Shown: positions 9,539-19,020, counted from the first letter of the stretch. The stretch: DNA of 64,000 nt from a virus (IMGVR_UViG_3300025871_000005:12445-76444); one strand, 5' to 3'. Translations and numbers: made by a program. Notes: generated from the sequence alone by a model not told the origin.

Positions 9539-9786
9539 ATTGCGTATATCTTTTCTAATGAACTTTCATCAATAAATTTGACACGTTTATCAAATGAATT
9601 TGTGCATTGTTGACTTCCGCTAAATGACCAGATATAGTAATCATCATCAAACTTTGTTATGATTACATTTTCATCCCTATGTATCAAATTATGCAATTCA
9701 AAATCACTATTCAATGGAATAAAATTTTCAGTATCCCATGCTTGTTGCTTTGATATGTTAACCTTTACCAACATTTCCATAACCAT
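9535..9786 (-). CDS. Hypothetical protein
   Basis: 83-aa ORF tiled in the operon. Confidence 0.4.
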   Translation of the reverse strand: MVMEMLVKVNISKQQAWDTENFIPLNSDFELHNLIHRDENVIITKFDDDYYIWSFSGSQQCTNSFDKRVKFIDESSLEKIYAI

Positions 9787-9955
9787 CTCTGTACCATCCA
9801 GAACCCTTCAGAATAAATCCTGATTGCTGATTGATTAATCTCTTCAATGAATTGTGTCCACATTTCTCACAGTGAATCAAGGGCTCTTCTGTTATCTTCT
9901 GTTCTGCCTCAAATTGAAGGCCACAATTTTTGCAAATATATTCATATGTCATCAT
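9758..9955 (-). CDS. FmdB-family zinc-ribbon protein
   Basis: YEYICKNCG...CEKCG...FILKGSGWYRDGY. Confidence 0.85.
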   Translation of the reverse strand: MMTYEYICKNCGLQFEAEQKITEEPLIHCEKCGHNSLKRLINQQSGFILKGSGWYRDGYGNVGKG

Positions 9956-10160
9956 TCACCTCTGGAAGCATTACGCCTTTGCAAAGTTTCACAAATTTTG
10001 ATTTTTCATCATCTGAAAGGTTGTGATTGTGACTCATGATGTCATGAATTAGGCATTCAATTGCACTATTCCACCATTCATTTGTCAACTTTTCAACACA
10101 ATCTTTACAAAATGATTCACCTGAAAGCAACTCTTTGTTGCATCTGCATGTGTGTGCCAT
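9942..10160 (-). CDS. Hypothetical Cys-rich protein
   Basis: CRCN...FCKDC; tiled in the operon. Confidence 0.45.
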   Translation of the reverse strand: MAHTCRCNKELLSGESFCKDCVEKLTNEWWNSAIECLIHDIMSHNHNLSDDEKSKFVKLCKGVMLPEVNDDI

Positions 10161-10175
10161 AACACAATTTACGTA

Positions 10176-11468
10176 TCACAATAGATCATATTTCTTCATG
10201 AACTGTTCTGTTGTATGTTCATATGAAGCATACTCTCTGACAAATTTTTGAAGTTTTGTCACATCAGGATTTGTATCAATCAGCCTTCCCAACACATCAC
10301 CAATGTCTGAAAGATCTGGTTTTCCTCTCAATTCATCTGGCCAATTGACTGCATCAAAATAGACCTTATATTCATACAGATTTGGGTAAAGTGGTATTGC
10401 ACCAAATTCAACAGCCTCAAGTGAGGCATATCCTCCATTTGTGTCAACAGTATAGAACGCACCAACAATATCACAATTTTGTGACAAAAACCTGTATTCA
10501 TCCCTATTCAGAGCAGTATCAACCAATTTGACATATGCCGGACACAATTCAGCAATTTCATCATTACTGATCTTCTGATTTGGATTTCCTGCCAAAATTA
10601 TGAAATCTTGTCGTGTCTTCCACAATTCTGGAACCAGTTCAAACAGAAACTTGCCACAATTTGTGTAATCGCTTGATCTTCCCAACCCGCCAACTCTGTT
10701 TGGCACCCAAACAATCTTTTTTCCAGATTTTCGCAATTGTTCAAATTGTTTCAAAAAGCGCACATTGTTGACATCAACCGGTTTTCTGATCTCCTCTGTT
10801 GAATAACCATCCTTCCAAACATCAGATTTTTTCATGATGTTCTCAACAATATGTTGTTGATAATCTTTGCCAAGATCATCAAAAAAGATCTGTTCCATTG
10901 TTTTGCAATGCCACAAACACACATCAGCTTTCAAATTTCCAACAACTTGACTATGCCAATATTCAACCTCTTTTGGAACGATTCTTGCTGTTGGGCTGTC
11001 AAGAAAGTGTGTTTGCACGATGAACATTGGTTGATAATGGTATTCAAGTTGAAACAACGTTTTAAGATTTCCTACAAACATTGGATCATTTACATACACA
11101 TGTGTGTATCTCTCACCAACATTGTCCCAATGCACAAAATCGAGAGCTTTTTTGTAACTTTCATATGGAAAATCATACCTTGTCCTGAGTGCAGAGGGTG
11201 CAATTGGAACACTCAACAGTTTAACACGTTTGAACAACTGCTGACCCAACAGTTTCCACAAAAGTTCAGCAGGTTTTTCACCCTCTGCACAATCTTTCAC
11301 ATCTGGAACAAGAATGTCAACATACAGTTCAGGATTCAACTTCAACATATTGAGCAATTTTGTTGCCATCATTTGCCAATTGCTGTCTGCTGTGAAAACA
11401 AATTTGCCCTGTTCATTGTACAGTGAAAGTTGAAGTTGCCAAAGAATCATTTTTTTCATAATTGTCAA
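10176..11468 (-). CDS. GT-B fold glycosyltransferase (candidate DNA glycosyltransferase)
   Basis: VWVPNR and GGYASLEAVEFGAIPLYPN resemble the GT-B donor-binding motif; no signal peptide or TM. Confidence 0.7.
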   Translation of the reverse strand: MTIMKKMILWQLQLSLYNEQGKFVFTADSNWQMMATKLLNMLKLNPELYVDILVPDVKDCAEGEKPAELLWKLLGQQLFKRVKLLSVPIAPSALRTRYDFPYESYKKALDFVHWDNVGERYTHVYVNDPMFVGNLKTLFQLEYHYQPMFIVQTHFLDSPTARIVPKEVEYWHSQVVGNLKADVCLWHCKTMEQIFFDDLGKDYQQHIVENIMKKSDVWKDGYSTEEIRKPVDVNNVRFLKQFEQLRKSGKKIVWVPNRVGGLGRSSDYTNCGKFLFELVPELWKTRQDFIILAGNPNQKISNDEIAELCPAYVKLVDTALNRDEYRFLSQNCDIVGAFYTVDTNGGYASLEAVEFGAIPLYPNLYEYKVYFDAVNWPDELRGKPDLSDIGDVLGRLIDTNPDVTKLQKFVREYASYEHTTEQFMKKYDLL

Positions 11469-11477
11469 TTCTCCGAT

Positions 11478-12041
11478 TCAGTCCAAAATATAACTTTGTG
11501 TTTCAGAGAGTGCCCACAATGGAAATACTTCCAACATCTTTTCTCTTATCTCCTGGAGCTCTCTCTCAATATTTTCGTCATCAACAAACAATTCCAACCA
11601 TTTGCATCCAGAAATCATTCTGAAGTCATCGTAATGTCTCTGAATACTGTTGAGACTGTTTTCGTCTATTGATTGATCAAGATCATCACGTATTCCACTG
11701 AATGACTTTCTTTTGCAATGAATGATCAATGTATCAAGTTTAGAATATCCCTCATCAAGTGCCATGATTGCATCGATGTCTGTTTCCCTATTGAAATGTT
11801 TTGAATATGCATATTCACAAGGAAATTCACGATCAAATATGACACTGCTGCCTGTCTGTCTAATGAAATCAAGCAAATATTGTGATGAAACCCTTATGTT
11901 TGTCAAGAATCTATCCTGACCATGCAGGAAGCTTCCATGTTCACTTGATGCCTTGAAAACAGGAATATTGAGAACTCTTGAAAGTTGATGGGCAATGTTT
12001 GTTTTACCACACATATCAGCGCCAACAAAAATTATGATCAT
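11478..12041 (-). CDS. dNMP kinase-like P-loop protein (candidate modified-dCMP kinase)
   Basis: GADMCGKT Walker A; VIFDR motif of the thymidylate kinase fold. Confidence 0.75.
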   Translation of the reverse strand: MIIIFVGADMCGKTNIAHQLSRVLNIPVFKASSEHGSFLHGQDRFLTNIRVSSQYLLDFIRQTGSSVIFDREFPCEYAYSKHFNRETDIDAIMALDEGYSKLDTLIIHCKRKSFSGIRDDLDQSIDENSLNSIQRHYDDFRMISGCKWLELFVDDENIERELQEIREKMLEVFPLWALSETQSYILD

Positions 12042-12045
12042 TGTG

Positions 12046-12483
12046 TCACCATACTACAATTTTACGTCCTGATTTTACAATCCTATTTGCAACATTTTTT
12101 GCGATTGAGATCACATGGTCAAATCTTCCAGTTTTGTCAACTGATTCATTTTCAACATTTGTTTCAAACGTGATTGGAATTGGAACTGGATTTCCTTGCA
12201 GTCTGATACACTGATTTAACACATCAATCTGTGTGCATAAACGTTTCATGAGTTCTGTCTTTGCGCTGTTCAGAACATCAATGATACAATTTTCTGGATC
12301 ACTGTTTGACATTCTGAATTCAATACACTTGTGTTCAACATCTGTCAACTCTGCTATCCAAACGGTATCCTTGTAAAACTGCAAGCAGATCTCAATCTTG
12401 GCGTCACTGTACATGTACATTCCATCACCCAAATGCGTGAAAACCAAACCTGCAAATTCTGTTGTTTCTTGTGTGTTGTTCAC
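12046..12483 (-). CDS. Hypothetical protein
   Basis: 145-aa ORF tiled in the operon. Confidence 0.5.
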   Translation of the reverse strand: MNNTQETTEFAGLVFTHLGDGMYMYSDAKIEICLQFYKDTVWIAELTDVEHKCIEFRMSNSDPENCIIDVLNSAKTELMKRLCTQIDVLNQCIRLQGNPVPIPITFETNVENESVDKTGRFDHVISIAKNVANRIVKSGRKIVVW

Positions 12484-13794
12484 TTATTCACCCAATGTTT
12501 TCAATTTCCAACTTGTTGTTGATGCACCAAAATCATTCTTTTCAACCTCTGCTATGCACAATGTCAAATTCTTGATCACGTTCTTATCACTCTTCCAACC
12601 CCAAATGTTCATGCGTTCAATTTTTGATTTTGAACCCATGACTTCAGCACTCAGGAATTCTTTTCCAGTCTTTGTCCTTTTCAGATTTGAACCATTGACA
12701 ACAAACCAAACGACCTCCTTCTCACCCTGCTCAAGTTCATCAACAGATTTGATGCCTTTTGTTTCAAGTGTACCCCAGATTTCATCATCAATGATCATTC
12801 TTACATCAACTGTCCCAAGAATTTCTGCTTGAAAATCTGCCAATTCACGTTTTGTCCATTCACCCGGCAACTCTTCTGCATCATACTTTTGTGCATACTC
12901 ATCAATGAGTCGCAAAAAATTGTTGTAACCCTGATACTGATCACGTTTTGAAACCTTTTTGATTTCATCCTTGTGCACAATCATAACATCATGCATATGT
13001 TTGTATGATCTGAACAGCTTTCCTGAGCCAACAACATCCAATGAACCGAATGCTCCCAACTTAATGAGTGCATCAAGTGCTTTTGAGTTGAATTTTGATG
13101 GTCGCCAACTTCCATCAGCATTCCAAAACATATCTTTGAAATCAGTGATTGGACGCATTGACAACAATTCTTCAACTGCACTCTCACCAACTCCCTTACA
13201 TGATAGGAGTGATGGCATGAATTTTTTTCCTTCAATGCATGTCCAACCTTTTCCTGCATATTGCACATCAATTGGAACAATCTTGTAACCAAGTTTTCTG
13301 ATTTCACCAATTGCTGTTGCTTTATCATCAGGATTGTTTGACATGCTCTCAAGATAGGTTGTCAACCATTCCTTTTCATAGTGTGTCAGTAGCCATGCAC
13401 ACATATATGAATCAATTGCATAAGCGATTGCATGGCTTTTGTTGAACCCGTATGAAGAATAGAACAATATATTCTGATATGCTTGTCGTGCTGTCTCTTC
13501 TTTGATACCCTGACTGACAGCACCATCAACAAATTGATCTTCCATTTTCTTTGCTTCTGCTATGGCAGCCTCACCCTTTGAAAGATCACGTTTCATAATT
13601 GCTCTACGAACGTTATCACATTGGTCTTTGGGGAAAAGCCCAATGATTTCGGCCAATTCCATGACTGACTCTTGGAAAATTAAACAATTATGTGCGAGAA
13701 TTCCATTTGCAATGAAATTATGATTCCCAGTTTGAATATCATATGTCACATCTTTATTGATGTGTTTTATAGATTTCACTTTAGTGTAAATCAT
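12484..13794 (-). CDS. dnaE: DNA polymerase III alpha fragment 4 (split-intein C part plus fingers/HhH/OB)
   Basis: 36-aa IntC ending ILAHN, then CLIFQESVM, YGFNKSHAIAY, KGVGE. Confidence 0.9.
   Translation of the reverse strand: MIYTKVKSIKHINKDVTYDIQTGNHNFIANGILAHNCLIFQESVMELAEIIGLFPKDQCDNVRRAIMKRDLSKGEAAIAEAKKMEDQFVDGAVSQGIKEETARQAYQNILFYSSYGFNKSHAIAYAIDSYMCAWLLTHYEKEWLTTYLESMSNNPDDKATAIGEIRKLGYKIVPIDVQYAGKGWTCIEGKKFMPSLLSCKGVGESAVEELLSMRPITDFKDMFWNADGSWRPSKFNSKALDALIKLGAFGSLDVVGSGKLFRSYKHMHDVMIVHKDEIKKVSKRDQYQGYNNFLRLIDEYAQKYDAEELPGEWTKRELADFQAEILGTVDVRMIIDDEIWGTLETKGIKSVDELEQGEKEVVWFVVNGSNLKRTKTGKEFLSAEVMGSKSKIERMNIWGWKSDKNVIKNLTLCIAEVEKNDFGASTTSWKLKTLGE
13687..13794 (-). mobile_element. 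Split intein 2, C-fragment
   Basis: KVKSI...VTYDIQTGNHNFIANGILAHN followed by Cys+1. Confidence 0.9.
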
Positions 13795-14771
13795 ATTGGT
13801 AAAACTCTTAATTCATTTGGATATATGTCCATTTTTGATGCCCATACTCTTTGTAAATCGTAACCTTCTTTTATGGCTCGTTTTGTATGTGATATATCAA
13901 TATTGAATTGTTGTTTCATTTTATCTGTTAATTCAAAACATTCTTTGTTTCCATGCCAATAATCACCATCAAATTCAATGATTAGATTTAGACTTTTGAC
14001 ATAAAAGTCATATTCATGACCACTTTCTTGTAGTTTGAACTTGTGTACAACGTTATCTTGACCATAAAAATCACACAATATTTTATAGAATTGCAATTCT
14101 TGATTTGATGTTGTTTGAGGTGCAGAACGATATTTTACACCTTCTTTAACTGATAAACAATGCTGCCTATATTTTTCTTCGTCATGTAATTGATAATGTG
14201 CAAGAAAATTTCGATTTCTTTTGAAAACTTTACCACAAATTTCACACGTAACATTTCGTTGTTCTTGATCAGCACTACAATATGATTTATGAGACCTTAA
14301 AGAAAGATTTGTTTCAAATTTTTTGTGACATTTTTCACATTCAAAATCACCAAATTTCACAATATTTTCACGTTTTTTACCTAAATTTTGATTTGCTTTC
14401 CATTCAGGCGTTATTGTTCTTCCTTTGTACAAAATTGATCTTAATTCATAAGCACATTTTTTCGAACAACATTTACGTGATTTTCTACTATTTGAAACAA
14501 TAAATGTCTTATTGCACATTTGACATATTATTTCAGTTCGCGCTTCTTTCCATTCAATTGTTTCTTTTTTGCTTTTAAGATAAAGAGACTTACAATATTT
14601 TGAACAAGTTTTTACACGTTCACATCTTGTTTCACAACCGCAAATAACACATACACCCTTTTTTAATGTTCTAGAATGCGCATCTTTACAAGCTCTTGAA
14701 CAATATTTTGAATCAATTTTTTTTGAAAGATATTCTATATTACAATGTACACATCGTTTACTAAATTTCAT
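13791..14771 (-). CDS. Free-standing homing endonuclease, Vsr/DUF559-like (EDxHD type), with Cys-repeat and C2H2 Zn fingers
   Basis: Repeats CxxC...CSxxC; SNQE...YDFYV...IIEFDGDYWHG...D; lies between IntN2 and IntC2. Confidence 0.8.
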   Translation of the reverse strand: MKFSKRCVHCNIEYLSKKIDSKYCSRACKDAHSRTLKKGVCVICGCETRCERVKTCSKYCKSLYLKSKKETIEWKEARTEIICQMCNKTFIVSNSRKSRKCCSKKCAYELRSILYKGRTITPEWKANQNLGKKRENIVKFGDFECEKCHKKFETNLSLRSHKSYCSADQEQRNVTCEICGKVFKRNRNFLAHYQLHDEEKYRQHCLSVKEGVKYRSAPQTTSNQELQFYKILCDFYGQDNVVHKFKLQESGHEYDFYVKSLNLIIEFDGDYWHGNKECFELTDKMKQQFNIDISHTKRAIKEGYDLQRVWASKMDIYPNELRVLPI

Positions 14772-15045
14772 AACTCACAATCTCATCATCTTCCATTAAA
14801 TCACCAGCACATACCCAACCTCTCTTTGTCATAATTTTATGTTCTGGTGTGCATTTTAATGTCCCTGTTTCAGTTTCTATCATAATGAGATCTTGAGTTC
14901 CATTACAAACTTTTGCCTTAACAATGTCTTGCTCATAGTGTTGAGTTTTTTCATTGAATGATATGATCTCATCACCAATTTCTATATCACTTAAACTTTT
15001 TTGTTGCAAATTTGCCAATAGAATTAGTGTATCACCTGTGAGACA
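14761..15045 (-). mobile_element. Split intein 2, N-fragment (94 aa)
   Basis: Block A CLTGDTLI; block B CTPEH. Confidence 0.9.
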
Positions 15046-15393
15046 ATTATATGTTTCTCCCAACACTTTTTCAAAGAGTGGATGCCCCCATTCAAACTTT
15101 TCACCCTTCTTTGCCTTGAGATAGATCTTGTCAACATTTGCAGCCAAGGGTCCAGGTCTATAGATTGCTGTCAACACAGCAATGTCAACAATTGACTTTG
15201 GCTCTGCTTGTCTGAACAGTCTCTGCGCACCCTTTGATGTCAACTGAAATATCCCAGGGAATGCTTCACCTTTGTAGACATCAAATGTTTTCTGATCATC
15301 ATAATTGTTTGCATCAGGATGAAGATTCTGTTCATACCACTTCTTGATATCAAGAAATTCTGGTTGTTCTGTTGTAATATTTCTTATTTTCAT
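14761..15393 (-). CDS. dnaE: DNA polymerase III alpha fragment 3 plus split-intein N part
   Basis: GIFQLTS, AIYRPGPL, GETYN then CLTGDT...CTPEHKIMTKRGW. Confidence 0.9.
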   Translation of the reverse strand: MKIRNITTEQPEFLDIKKWYEQNLHPDANNYDDQKTFDVYKGEAFPGIFQLTSKGAQRLFRQAEPKSIVDIAVLTAIYRPGPLAANVDKIYLKAKKGEKFEWGHPLFEKVLGETYNCLTGDTLILLANLQQKSLSDIEIGDEIISFNEKTQHYEQDIVKAKVCNGTQDLIMIETETGTLKCTPEHKIMTKRGWVCAGDLMEDDEIVSYEI

Positions 15394-15655
15394 CCAATAT
15401 CACCCTTTTGAAATCATCATAGTTGAGTGTTTCCAAATCTGGAAATCTTGTCATCTTTTCTGGTTTGGTATAAAAATTGGGTGCCCATATGTCATCACCC
15501 AATCTGTCACTGACATACACAAACACAAGCCAACCACCATCACAATAAACTCTTAAACCAATCCATTTTTTGTCAACATAGTCTGTTGTTCGAATAACAG
15601 AATTCCACATTTCCATCAACTGTTCACTATTGAATTTATTTGAATTTCCAATCAT
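15350..15655 (-). CDS. Hypothetical protein (island inside dnaE)
   Basis: 101-aa ORF overlapping the fragment 3 start. Confidence 0.5.
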   Translation of the reverse strand: MIGNSNKFNSEQLMEMWNSVIRTTDYVDKKWIGLRVYCDGGWLVFVYVSDRLGDDIWAPNFYTKPEKMTRFPDLETLNYDDFKRVILDENKKYYNRTTRIS

Positions 15656-15881
15656 TGAAAACTTTCATCAATTGTTCAACGTTTTTGCACTCACTCATTT
15701 CAACAAAAAATTGATGATTATATTTGAATAACCAATGATTTAGAATGTGAATTCTTGAATATGACATCAGAATTCTACTGTCGTCATACATTTTCGGAAT
15801 TTCCGGAAAAAATACAACTTTATGATCTCCCCAAACAAAACTGCCATAACCAGCTCTGTGCACCTTCAATTTGAGATTCAC
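15636..15881 (-). CDS. Hypothetical protein (island inside dnaE)
   Basis: 81-aa ORF with ATGA overlap. Confidence 0.5.
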   Translation of the reverse strand: MNLKLKVHRAGYGSFVWGDHKVVFFPEIPKMYDDSRILMSYSRIHILNHWLFKYNHQFFVEMSECKNVEQLMKVFNDWKFK

Positions 15882-16138
15882 AATAAGCCAAATCTTTCCC
15901 TGAATTCATCAGTGTTCAGACTGCACAATCTTGTCATAGTTTCCCAATCCCACAATGTCATGACATCAGTGCTCAGATCGTTAACCAAAAAGCCATCATG
16001 ATCAGAAATTGTTCTGTTAACAATTCGTGGATTCCACAGCAGAACACAATTTCCTGAATACATAAATGCCCAAAGTCCAGTTTTGTACACTTTGAGTGTG
16101 TCAATTTTGGATGACAACAAAATTTCAACTGTGTTCAT
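15878..16138 (-). CDS. Hypothetical protein (island inside dnaE)
   Basis: 86-aa tiled ORF. Confidence 0.5.
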   Translation of the reverse strand: MNTVEILLSSKIDTLKVYKTGLWAFMYSGNCVLLWNPRIVNRTISDHDGFLVNDLSTDVMTLWDWETMTRLCSLNTDEFRERFGLL

Positions 16139-16274
16139 TCAATAAACCAATAATGATTTTCATAATTCTTGGGCGCTTTTTTGATATCATCTTGACTGTG
16201 TGCTCTTCACACTGTGTGAGATCATTTCCTGATATGGATCCAATGTTGTCTCTGTATATTCTCAACGTTAACAT
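16125..16274 (-). CDS. Possible 49-aa hypothetical protein
   Basis: Manual translation MLTLRIYRDNIG...LNEHS fills the gap between neighbours. Confidence 0.3.
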   Translation of the reverse strand: MLTLRIYRDNIGSISGNDLTQCEEHTVKMISKKRPRIMKIIIGLLNEHS

Positions 16275-16277
16275 AAT

Positions 16278-16532
16278 TCATTCCTGTTCACAATCATCTG
16301 GAAGTTTTACCAACATCATTCTCACAAGTTCAATCTTTTCATCCACAACCTTCAACACTGCAATTGCAGATCGCAATCTCTTCTCTAAATCATCTGTTGA
16401 CAATTTCAGCTCACCATTCTGTGCAGATATCTCTGACAACTGTTCAATTGTGTACCTGATCAAACCTGATATATCTGTTGGTCTCAATGAGTTCATGCTC
16501 TGATTATAAAACCCAACTGTGACAGTATTCAC
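16278..16532 (-). CDS. Hypothetical coiled-coil protein
   Basis: 84-aa ORF. Confidence 0.45.
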   Translation of the reverse strand: MNTVTVGFYNQSMNSLRPTDISGLIRYTIEQLSEISAQNGELKLSTDDLEKRLRSAIAVLKVVDEKIELVRMMLVKLPDDCEQE

Positions 16533-16556
16533 ATATACTTACAATTAAGTTTTAGT

Positions 16557-17699
16557 ATGCAATATTTCAAAAGTGACAAAGAGATTGGTAAACTTTTCAA
16601 AGAATATATGACTGATTTTTTGTATTTGACTGAAATTTTGAACGAAGAATACGCTGATAAATTCAGGGAATTTGATAATGAAATCAAAACAATAATAATC
16701 ATTTACAACAACGTCAGTAGTGGTAAAGGATTGTCAACAATTGACAGATCTAAAAAGAGATACAATTTTTACAAACAATTGCTAAATTTGTCTGATGAAC
16801 AGGCAGAAGCATACAAAGAGTTCAATCTTAGTGGTCGACTCGATCAAAAACAGATCACTGTGCTCAAACCTGTGTTCACAAAATTGTTTGATATGCTATC
16901 TGGAAAAGATCCAAAAGGTTTGGCTCATGAATTGTATAACACTGTGTTTCATGATGAATTCATAAAGGCTGAAAAACAGAAACAAAAATTCTTGAAAAAG
17001 AGCAGCAAGAACAGTGGGGGTCGTCTTGATCTGATTGCTTTTGGCAGTGAAAGAAATCTGCCAGAATTGGATAACAAATTTGAGCAACGGCTGCACACTG
17101 CAATCAGCAGTCATCTTGATCATGCTGGTATGCAAATTCAGTATGTCACTGCAATCAGGAACATCCTGAAACAGGGACTGTATGATGATGTGTTCACACG
17201 ACCAAATGTTCAAAAAGTTTACAGGGGAATGGGCGTCAAATATGAATGGTTGAAGGCTGCTATTGGTGCCAAGAAGGGTGAGGTTGCAATCAAGGATGGA
17301 CACATTGAAAAACGTTTCACATGGCACCCAAAAAAGAATGCAGGAAGTTGGACTAAGAGTCTGAGAACAGCAAAACGTTTTGCCAATGAAAACAGTAATA
17401 TGAAAAGTGGAACGGTTCCCATTGTAATGGTTGCCTACACTGATGAGAACAGTGATGATGTTTTCCTTGATGCAAGATTGTGGTACAAAAACATCAGTGA
17501 TGAATATTCAAATGAGCGTGAAGTGATATCACTCAGTGATATCAAGGTTGGTGAAATCATGTGGTTTGATGCAGACCCAGAGAACTCTGGGATTTATCCA
17601 TGGGAACAGGATAAAAAGCAAAAAATTGTTGATAAACTTGCCAATATTCCAAAACAATCATTCAGCAAAGTGTTGAAAAAACATGCAGGGAAGAAATGA
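16557..17699 (+). CDS. ADP-ribosyltransferase-like protein (R-S-ExE), paralog 1, with N-terminal helical extension
   Basis: LDLIAFG, VYRGM, GSWT, NEREV; TACTTA upstream. Confidence 0.7.
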   Translation: MQYFKSDKEIGKLFKEYMTDFLYLTEILNEEYADKFREFDNEIKTIIIIYNNVSSGKGLSTIDRSKKRYNFYKQLLNLSDEQAEAYKEFNLSGRLDQKQITVLKPVFTKLFDMLSGKDPKGLAHELYNTVFHDEFIKAEKQKQKFLKKSSKNSGGRLDLIAFGSERNLPELDNKFEQRLHTAISSHLDHAGMQIQYVTAIRNILKQGLYDDVFTRPNVQKVYRGMGVKYEWLKAAIGAKKGEVAIKDGHIEKRFTWHPKKNAGSWTKSLRTAKRFANENSNMKSGTVPIVMVAYTDENSDDVFLDARLWYKNISDEYSNEREVISLSDIKVGEIMWFDADPENSGIYPWEQDKKQKIVDKLANIPKQSFSKVLKKHAGKK

Positions 17700-17703
17700 T
17701 CAT

Positions 17704-17940
17704 TCATGGAAGATTGTGAACAATATTCAGTATTGAACTGAATTGATACTGATCAAACCTGTAAAAGAGCACACAAACATTGTATGGTTCACAACTCAAT
17801 CTTGAAATGAATTTCAATCCATTCTGTTCAACTGACGCATTCATATCATAATATGACATCTGCTTTGTTACTGACCTGTTGTGAGATATGTAACCCTTCT
17901 TTTCAAGTTCATTCTCAACAATTTTTTGTATTGTTAACAT
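17704..17940 (-). CDS. Hypothetical protein (island inside dnaE)
   Basis: 78-aa ORF. Confidence 0.45.
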   Translation of the reverse strand: MLTIQKIVENELEKKGYISHNRSVTKQMSYYDMNASVEQNGLKFISRLSCEPYNVCVLFYRFDQYQFSSILNIVHNLP

Positions 17941-18169
17941 CGCGCTTCAACCTATTCAACACTGTTCTGTAATCATTGATGATGAATTGTGTATGTTTCA
18001 TTCCTGTCAACGTACGTGTATCATATACGTCCATATGCCAAACATGATCAACAACATCTTCATAGATTTCTTTCAATAAAAAATCATGATGGCCATTCTC
18101 AAAACGTTGATTGTATTGAAACTTTAACGTACCTTTACGATACACAATCATTTTTATTGTTATCATCAT
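17915..18169 (-). CDS. Hypothetical protein (island inside dnaE)
   Basis: 84-aa ORF; ATGA overlap with the fragment 2 stop. Confidence 0.45.
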   Translation of the reverse strand: MMITIKMIVYRKGTLKFQYNQRFENGHHDFLLKEIYEDVVDHVWHMDVYDTRTLTGMKHTQFIINDYRTVLNRLKRDVNNTKNC

Positions 18170-19020
18170 GGCGTCAAGATTTCATCATCATCCTTCAATT
18201 CATTAGCAAACACTTCACCTCTTTGTGTCATAACCAATTGATCTGGTAGCAATCTCATCACTGTACCATCCTCAAGTTCAATCTGTTTGATGCCTCCTTT
18301 ACCCTTTATGACCTTTTCAACTGTATTTTCAATTAGTCTCATTGTTTCAAGACCTAACAGGTCATATTTAATGATTCCATTTGGTTCAAGCGTTTTTCCA
18401 CCAACACCTTCGACCCAAGGCGTTTGAGGTTCACCACCATTTGTAATGAGAGGCATTTCTCCCATTGCATCATCCATAATGACAACACCTCCAGCATGCC
18501 GACCCAATGATCTCTGCTCTTTAAAGAGAATTTCCATACTCTCTGCAACCTCAGGATGCCTCTCAATAAAACTTCTGAAACTTTCTGAATACTTCATTGC
18601 ATCCTCAAATTTGAGAACAAAAAGGTTTTTATCATCACCATGTTTCATGGTTGCCTTTCTGACCTCCTTTTCAACAGTTTTTGTTGCCTCATTTGCTTCT
18701 TCAAATGGAATTCCATAAAACTTTGAAATATCTTTCAGGAGCGTTTTCACTTTGAACGTGTTGATATTTGAAATTGGAATAACATTGTTCATTCCAAACT
18801 TTTCTCTCAATACTTCAAGAACTTTATCACGATCACTGATGTCGCAATCTATGTCTGGTGCACCTGAATTATGTGTCAAATACCAATCAGAATTTCCTTG
18901 TTTACAAAAAAATGTATGATCGACGTCAACAGTAATATCATACAAAATTTGTTCTTCATCATATTCACACAATTCAACGCTTGTAATTATGTTGTTTGAC
19001 AAGATATTTTGTTGCTCCAT
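18166..19020 (-). CDS. dnaE: DNA polymerase III alpha fragment 2 (IntC, catalytic palm, degenerate Hint tail)
   Basis: YLTHN then SGAPDIDCD (catalytic Asps), GRHAGGVVI, KYDLLGL; likely start ATG 19020. Confidence 0.9.
   Translation of the reverse strand: MEQQNILSNNIITSVELCEYDEEQILYDITVDVDHTFFCKQGNSDWYLTHNSGAPDIDCDISDRDKVLEVLREKFGMNNVIPISNINTFKVKTLLKDISKFYGIPFEEANEATKTVEKEVRKATMKHGDDKNLFVLKFEDAMKYSESFRSFIERHPEVAESMEILFKEQRSLGRHAGGVVIMDDAMGEMPLITNGGEPQTPWVEGVGGKTLEPNGIIKYDLLGLETMRLIENTVEKVIKGKGGIKQIELEDGTVMRLLPDQLVMTQRGEVFANELKDDDEILTP
18868..19020 (-). mobile_element. Split intein 1, C-fragment (51 aa)
   Basis: ITSVE...LYDITVDVDHTFF...LTHN followed by Ser+1. Confidence 0.88.
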
